Assembly (NCBI GenBank): GCA_036266955.1
Contig: DATAWY010000026.1
Location: 8,128 to 40,127 of the forward strand
Direction: 5' to 3'
Length of the DNA stretch: 32,000 nt
Origin: Rhizomicrobium sp.
GTDB taxonomy: Bacteria > Pseudomonadota > Alphaproteobacteria > Micropepsales > Micropepsaceae
Shown here piece by piece: positions 26,681 to 32,000 of this stretch (positions within the stretch are counted from its first letter, which is position 1; every line of letters starts with the position of its first letter). The notes below the pieces were generated by a model, which ran no database searches, was not told the origin of the DNA, and worked only from the letters and a program-made list of their open reading frames with translations. Position numbers and translations under genes: made by a program.

Positions 26681-28564
26681 ATGCGTCGCTTACTCATTGC
26701 TTCCATCAGCCTGATCGCTGTTGCGGCGACGGCCGGCGCGTCCGCGGCCCAGACCGGGCAAACGCCCGAAACGGTGGTCGTCACGGCCACGCGTGTCCCG
26801 ACGCCCCGGGCGGAGGTTGCGAGCAGCATCACCGTCATCACCGCCAAGGAGATTGCGGCCAGACAGCAGCAGTCCCTGCCCGACGTGCTTGCCGACGCGC
26901 CGGGCCTGAACGTCGTGCAGTCGGGCGGGCCCGGCGGCGAGACCTCGGTGTTCATGCGCGGCACTGATTCCAATCACGTCAAGGTGCTGGTCGACGGCAT
27001 CGACATGAGCGATCCGAGCAGCCCCACGGGCACCTATGATTTCGGCCAGTTCCTCACCCAGGATATAGCGCGGATCGAGATCCTGCGCGGGCCGCAGAGC
27101 GGGCTTTACGGCTCCGACGCCATCGGCGGCGTGATCAACATCATCACCAAAAGCGGGTCGGGTCCGGCGCAGTTCACCGGCGACATCGAGGGCGGCTCGT
27201 TTGATACGTTCAACCAGGCAGGCACGGCGAGCGGCTCGGAGGGTCCGTTCCATTATGCGGGGACCATTGAACATTTCTGGTCGGGCGCTACGCCTGTCAC
27301 TCCGCTCGATCTGCTGGCGCCGGGCGAAAGACGGATCGACGATACCTACGACAACGTCACCGCATCGACCAAGCTCGGCTATGACGTGACCAACGATTTC
27401 GATCTGGGCTTCGTGGGGCGCTACACGAATTCGCAGCTCGACTCCACGGGCGAGAATTATTTCACCGACTATCCCGACGCGACGCAAAGCCAGAGCGAGA
27501 CGCTGCAATATTATACGCGCGGCACCGCGCATCTTGTCCTGGCGGGCGGCTTCTTCGAGCAGACTCTGGGGCTCGCCTATGGCAGCATCGAATCCACGGA
27601 GCCAACTCCCGACAATCCCACCGCCTATTATTTCGGCGACCGCGTGAAGCTCGACTGGCAGGGCGATCTCAGGTTCTCGGATGATGAAATTCTCGTGCTG
27701 GGCGCCGAGCACGAACATGACGGCATCACCCAGCCGGTTTCGGCGGGAATCGACATCGATTCCGGCTACGCCGAGCTGCAATCGACTCTGGCCGAAAACC
27801 TTTTCAGCACCGAGGCGGTGCGTTTCGACGACAATGCGCAGTTCGGCGGCGAGGCGACTTGGCGCATCGCACCCGCTTATCTCGTCGCGGCGACGGGAAC
27901 GAAGATCGAGGCAAGTGTCGGCACCGGATTCAAGGCGCCGACGCTCAGCGAGATGTTCGAGAATTACCCCGCCTATGATTTCTACGGCAATCCCGGCCTC
28001 CGGCCGGAATCGAGCCTCGGTTATGACATGGGCTTCGAGCAACCGCTGTTCGAAGATGCGGTGCGGTTCGGCGGCACCTATTACCGCAACGACATCAAAA
28101 ATCTCATCAACGACAACGCGACCTATACGAGCTATGCCAATGTCGGCAAGGCGGAAACCGATGGCGTCGAGGCGTTCGCCGAATGGCAGGTCTTGCCGAC
28201 GCTGAACCTGCGGGCGGACTACACCTTTACGGAAGCCAACGACGAAATCCTGCACCAGGAACTGCTGCGCCGGCCCAAACACAAGGGCACGCTGAATGCG
28301 CAATGGCAGGCGACGGACCGGCTGTCCCTCGATGCCGATCTCCTCGCGGTCAGCTCCTGGATCGACGGCAACCGCGCCTTCACCATCCCGCGCCTCATCG
28401 CCCCCGGCTATACGACGGCCGACATCGCGGCGAGCTACGCGATCAACGACACCTTCACGCTCTACGGCCGGATCACCAATCTGTTCGACGCGAACTACCA
28501 GGACCCCGTCGGCTTCCTCCGCCCGGGCCGTGGTTTTTTTGCGGGCATCAAGGCCAGGACGTGA
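26681..28564 (+). CDS. btuB: TonB-dependent vitamin B12 receptor
   Basis: Signal MRRLLIASISLIAVAATAGASAAQ; TonB box-like ETVVVTATRVP; plug domain SSITVITAKEI...VFMRGTDSNHVKVLVDGIDMSDPSSPTGTYDFGQFLTQDIARIEILRGPQSGLYGSDAIGGVINIITK; beta-barrel ending in INDTFTLYGRITNLFDANYQDPVGF. Downstream of a cobalamin riboswitch. Confidence 0.92.
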   Translation: MRRLLIASISLIAVAATAGASAAQTGQTPETVVVTATRVPTPRAEVASSITVITAKEIAARQQQSLPDVLADAPGLNVVQSGGPGGETSVFMRGTDSNHVKVLVDGIDMSDPSSPTGTYDFGQFLTQDIARIEILRGPQSGLYGSDAIGGVINIITKSGSGPAQFTGDIEGGSFDTFNQAGTASGSEGPFHYAGTIEHFWSGATPVTPLDLLAPGERRIDDTYDNVTASTKLGYDVTNDFDLGFVGRYTNSQLDSTGENYFTDYPDATQSQSETLQYYTRGTAHLVLAGGFFEQTLGLAYGSIESTEPTPDNPTAYYFGDRVKLDWQGDLRFSDDEILVLGAEHEHDGITQPVSAGIDIDSGYAELQSTLAENLFSTEAVRFDDNAQFGGEATWRIAPAYLVAATGTKIEASVGTGFKAPTLSEMFENYPAYDFYGNPGLRPESSLGYDMGFEQPLFEDAVRFGGTYYRNDIKNLINDNATYTSYANVGKAETDGVEAFAEWQVLPTLNLRADYTFTEANDEILHQELLRRPKHKGTLNAQWQATDRLSLDADLLAVSSWIDGNRAFTIPRLIAPGYTTADIAASYAINDTFTLYGRITNLFDANYQDPVGFLRPGRGFFAGIKART

Positions 28565-28610
28565 TCTCGCGCGGGCGGCCCGGGGGCATCTGCACATTCC
28601 TTCAGATATT

Positions 28611-28650
28611 CTCCCTCGCCCCGCGAGGCAGGGAAGAGGGAGTTTTTTCT
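28611..28650 (+). terminator. Intrinsic terminator downstream of btuB
   Basis: CTCCCTC (28611-28617) and GAGGGAG (28636-28642) with an inner GCC/GGC pairing, followed by TTTTTT. Confidence 0.7.
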
Positions 28651-28840
28651 TACAATTTCCCTTCTCGGAAATTTGCCGAAGCAGGAATTTCCGCAGCGGA
28701 TTGGAAACTGGCACTCATCCGCGCGAACAAGCATTTCCGCGGCTGCGCACCTCGGGTTCCCTTTTCAAGGCAAGATATTGTAATATACCATTTCGGTGTA
28801 TTTGTCAACCGATTTAGAAGACGCCGAAGTGCCGCCCGAG

Positions 28841-29344
28841 TCAGAGCGAGTGGAAGGGGGAGAACGTGGGGGAAAACGGATGGTAACGTCCGCGGAAGAA
28901 AACCAGCGGTGAACCGATGTATCGGAATCCGAACTCGACCACCCGACCGACCAGCACGGCATGATCGCCGCCATCGTACACGGCGTGCCGCCGGCAGTCG
29001 AAAACCGCAAGCGCATCCGCCAGAGCCGGCGCCCCGGATCCGGTGGCGACGAGCGGAATGCCGTCGAGGCGGTGTTCCCCGGGTTTGGCCAGTCGCGACG
29101 ACACCGCTTCGTGGGTCGCGTCGAGCACGCTGATGGTAAAGGCCTCCGCGTTAACGAATGTCTCGAAGCGCCGCGACCGGCGATGGAGGCAGTAGAGGAT
29201 CAAAGGGGGATCGAGCGAAACGGAGGCAAAGGAATTGACCGTAATGCCCATGGTGTCCGACTGGGCACGGCGCGCGGTGACCAGGGTCACGCCCGTGGGA
29301 AAACAACCCAGCGCATTGCGGAACGCGCGCGTGTCGAAGGCCAT
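28841..29344 (-). CDS. Flavin reductase domain protein
   Basis: 167 aa: FRNALGCFPTGVTLVTARRAQSDTMGITVNSFASVSLDPPLILYCLHRRSRRFETFVNAEAFTISVLDATHEAVSSRLA typical of the NAD(P)H:flavin oxidoreductase (HpaC/flavin_reduct) family. Confidence 0.9.
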   Translation of the reverse strand: MAFDTRAFRNALGCFPTGVTLVTARRAQSDTMGITVNSFASVSLDPPLILYCLHRRSRRFETFVNAEAFTISVLDATHEAVSSRLAKPGEHRLDGIPLVATGSGAPALADALAVFDCRRHAVYDGGDHAVLVGRVVEFGFRYIGSPLVFFRGRYHPFSPTFSPFHSL

Positions 29345-29663
29345 GGATTTTTGCCTGCGCTTCGGGAATTACGCGAATAGCACGAAAGACCGGTGCTTGC
29401 GACGCCCGCCGCCGCGCTCCTTTGAGAGATGATGCCATCGCGCGGGCTCCAGCCGCGACAGTCTGGCGCTCCGGCCGAACCTACCCGCGCTGGGACCCTG
29501 ACGTCCTCCCGCATCGCGACCAGGAACACAATCCGAAGGTTGTCTGCACCGGCAATCTGTGCAATTCTATTGCGACTGGAGCTTGTGCAGGGTGTTGAAT
29601 GGTAATGCTGGTTGCATCAAAAGAGTTTTCCGACAGCAGACATCTTCTTCAGGGCACGGGGCG

Positions 29664-31229
29664 ATGAGTGCAATGCCCGGAAGCGGGGCCGCCAACTCCG
29701 TAGCGGACCATCACATCCGGAAGATCGTCATCGTCGGGGGCGGGACGTCGGGCTGGATGGCGGCCGCGGCACTTCGCACCAAAACCCGGCGCGAACTCTG
29801 CGAAATCGTTCTCGTCGAATCGGATGAAATCGGCACTGTGGGCGTCGGCGAGGCGACCATCCCGACGATCAAGGAATTCAATCGCAGTCTCTCGATCGAT
29901 GAGAACGATTTCGTTCGCAACACGCAGGGAACGTTCAAGCTCGGGATAGAGAACGTCGATTGGGGGCGCCTGGGCCATGTGTACTTCAACCCGCTCGGGG
30001 AACTCGGCTTCAGTGCGGCAGCAAGCGGCGGGGGCCTCAACGAACTTCCGCCCCTGTTCCAGTATCTGCTGAAGCTCGTCGTTACCGGCCGCACCCCGGA
30101 TCTGGCGGAATATTCCCTCTGCAGTGCAGCGGCGCGAAGCAACCGCTTCGACCGCCCGAGCAGCAAGGAACTGGTGTATTCCTACGCGTTCCACCTCGAT
30201 GCATCCCTTTATGCGAAGTACCTGCGCGCCCATGCGGAAAAGCGCGGCGTGGAACGGGTGGAAGGCAAGGTTGCCGACGTTCGACTGAACGGAGAAAGCG
30301 GGTTCATCGAAGCTGTCGTCCTGGAATCGGGACAGCGCATCGGGGGCGACCTCTTCATCGATTGCTCGGGGTTCCGTGGGCTGCTGATCGGTCAGGCCCT
30401 GAAAGTCCCCTATGAAGACTGGTCGCACTGGCTGCCTTGCGACCGGGCGCTGGCGGTGCCGTGCGAAAGCAAGACCCCGCCCGTGCCTTACACGCGCTCG
30501 ACCGCACGCGAGGCGGGGTGGCAATGGCGCATTCCGCTCCAGCACCGGATCGGAAACGGCTATGTGTTCTCGAGCAAATTCATCAGCGCCGACAAGGCCG
30601 CCGAAACGCTGCTTGCCAATCTCGACGGGCCGCTTCTCGACGAGCCGCGTCTGCTGAAATTCACGACCGGTCGCCGCAAGCAGGCGTGGGTAAAGAACTG
30701 CGTGGCGATCGGACTTTCTTCGGGTTTCGTAGAGCCACTTGAGTCGACGAGCATTCATCTGATCCAGACGTCGATCACGAACCTGGTCAAGATGTTCCCC
30801 GACAGGGATTTGGGCCGCCTCGTTCAGGAAGAATACAATCACCGATTCACCACCGGCTTCGACTGGCTTCGCGATTTCATCATCCTGCGCTACCACGCGA
30901 CGGAACGCGAAGATTCGGAGCTCTGGCGGTATTGCAAGCACATGTCCGTGCCGGACACTCTTGCTTACAAGATCGAGATGTTCCGGAAGCATGGCCACGT
31001 CTTCATCAACCCGGGTGAAGGATTCGGGGCGCGGCCATGGATGAATGCGATGTACAACCAGGGCATCCGGCCGGAACGCTATCCTTCGATCATCGACGGT
31101 GTCGAAGACCTCGCGATACGCGCGGAACTGGCGAAGGTGCGATCCGGTATCAAACAGGCGGTCGAGCAGATGTCGCGCCATGACGATTACATCGCCATGA
31201 ATTGCGCCGCGACCCCGCCCGCCGCGTAG
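29664..31229 (+). CDS. Flavin-dependent (tryptophan-type) halogenase family protein
   Basis: GGGTSGWMAAAAL FAD-binding motif, VGVGEATIPTIKEF, TFKLGIENVDW, WQWRIPLQHRIGNGYVFSS (WxWxIP), EPLESTSIHLIQT. Start at internal ATG 29664 of ORF 29559..31229. Confidence 0.88.
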   Translation: MSAMPGSGAANSVADHHIRKIVIVGGGTSGWMAAAALRTKTRRELCEIVLVESDEIGTVGVGEATIPTIKEFNRSLSIDENDFVRNTQGTFKLGIENVDWGRLGHVYFNPLGELGFSAAASGGGLNELPPLFQYLLKLVVTGRTPDLAEYSLCSAAARSNRFDRPSSKELVYSYAFHLDASLYAKYLRAHAEKRGVERVEGKVADVRLNGESGFIEAVVLESGQRIGGDLFIDCSGFRGLLIGQALKVPYEDWSHWLPCDRALAVPCESKTPPVPYTRSTAREAGWQWRIPLQHRIGNGYVFSSKFISADKAAETLLANLDGPLLDEPRLLKFTTGRRKQAWVKNCVAIGLSSGFVEPLESTSIHLIQTSITNLVKMFPDRDLGRLVQEEYNHRFTTGFDWLRDFIILRYHATEREDSELWRYCKHMSVPDTLAYKIEMFRKHGHVFINPGEGFGARPWMNAMYNQGIRPERYPSIIDGVEDLAIRAELAKVRSGIKQAVEQMSRHDDYIAMNCAATPPAA

Positions 31230-31301
31230 GGCGGACCGCGACCTGCTTTTGCGGAGGATTCGCGCGGACCGGCGCGGTCCGTTCCACGGAGTCGGAAGCG
31301 C

Positions 31302-32000
31302 GTGATTGCGTTCAAGATGGAAGAAATCTGGACAGCGGCCGCCTCATCGAACGGAAAAGGCGCGGCACGATTTGAACGCCCGGAGACGGCTTACCTTACG
31401 CTTGCCGAGACGCAGGCTTTGCTCGGAACCCCAGCCGCAGCTGAAATGCGCGCGCGCGAAGTTCTGAAGACCCATTCGGCGGATCCGGTGGCCCGGTTTT
31501 TGCTCGGCGCTGCGCGGGCGAGGCAGGGCCAAGACGAGGAAGCGAGGGCGATCCTCGATCCGCTCGTGCAGTCTCAGCCGCAGATGGGGCCGGCCTGGCG
31601 CGAACTCGGCTTCGTGCTTGAAAAGCTCGGTGCACGTGACCAAACGGCGGCTGCGCTCATGAAAGCCCTCGATTTCAACTACATGGACGAAAGCGTTCTC
31701 TTCGCGCTGGGCGATCTCGTGCCGTGGGGAGACGCGTCCGACTTCGCCGCGCCACGATTTCGTCGTGCGACCGCACTTTTCGCGCAACGCAAATTCGGCG
31801 CGGCGCTCGCCGGCTTCGGCGAACTTCTCAGGGCAAAGCCCGAGTTTGCCTTGGTGCGGGCGTTGAAAGCCATCGCGCTCGCGGGAGAAGGGCAAACCGA
31901 CGCCGCGATCGCCGAGTTCGGAACATTCATCGAAGAATGCGACTGGCCGGGCCTCTGGCTCGAATACGCGCGAGCGCTGAGATCGAAGCGCGATCCAAGA
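31302..32000 (+). CDS. TPR-repeat protein, possible N-terminus of another TPR-sulfotransferase (partial, runs off right edge)
   Basis: Manual translation from GTG 31302 or ATG 31317 is open to 32000: ...AQALLGTPAAAEMRAREVLKTHSADPVARFLLGAARARQGQDEEARAILDPLVQSQPQMGPAWRELGFVLEKLGARDQTAAALMKALDFN... Confidence 0.7.
   Translation, partial: MIAFKMEEIWTAAASSNGKGAARFERPETAYLTLAETQALLGTPAAAEMRAREVLKTHSADPVARFLLGAARARQGQDEEARAILDPLVQSQPQMGPAWRELGFVLEKLGARDQTAAALMKALDFNYMDESVLFALGDLVPWGDASDFAAPRFRRATALFAQRKFGAALAGFGELLRAKPEFALVRALKAIALAGEGQTDAAIAEFGTFIEECDWPGLWLEYARALRSKRDPR

Noticed and set aside
26690-28714. 674-aa minus-strand ORF
   Set aside because: Complete antisense of btuB, which has riboswitch and domain support; codon-mirror artefact.
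29649-31181. 510-aa minus-strand ORF
   Set aside because: Antisense of the halogenase gene; no independent motif.

Overview
High-GC alphaproteobacterial chromosomal segment (inference from codon usage and gene content), with a small integrated element. Left part: two adjacent ATP-grasp (D-Ala-D-Ala-ligase-like) genes, a ~220-bp nested palindromic intergenic repeat, and a KamA-family radical SAM gene. Next comes an envelope glycosylation cluster with two GT39 genes, a GT2 gene, a lipid-A-disaccharide-synthase N-terminal-like protein and a small membrane protein. A tRNA-Ser(GGA) at 8631-8723 is the insertion site of a ~7.1 kb satellite-like element (8726-15870). The element is bounded by a 16-nt perfect direct repeat of the tRNA 3' end. 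It carries a tyrosine integrase, AlpA-like regulator, prim-pol, DUF3987, DUF5681, XRE regulator and two unknown secreted cargo proteins. Both the integrase and the DUF3987 gene look frameshifted. To the right are a superoxide dismutase, two tandem SET-like paralogs, a barrel-less double-POTRA-like secreted protein, a Tyr-rich secreted protein with its own strong terminator, and three TPR-sulfotransferase modules, two of them fused head-to-tail in one 1245-aa polypeptide. The window ends with a cobalamin riboswitch-btuB unit, a flavin reductase divergent from a flavin-dependent halogenase, and the start of another TPR protein. The best candidate for an undescribed system is the 16.7-26.2 kb locus (SET-like pair, POTRA-like, Tyr-rich exported protein, multi-module TPR-sulfotransferases). 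Its function is entirely inferential.
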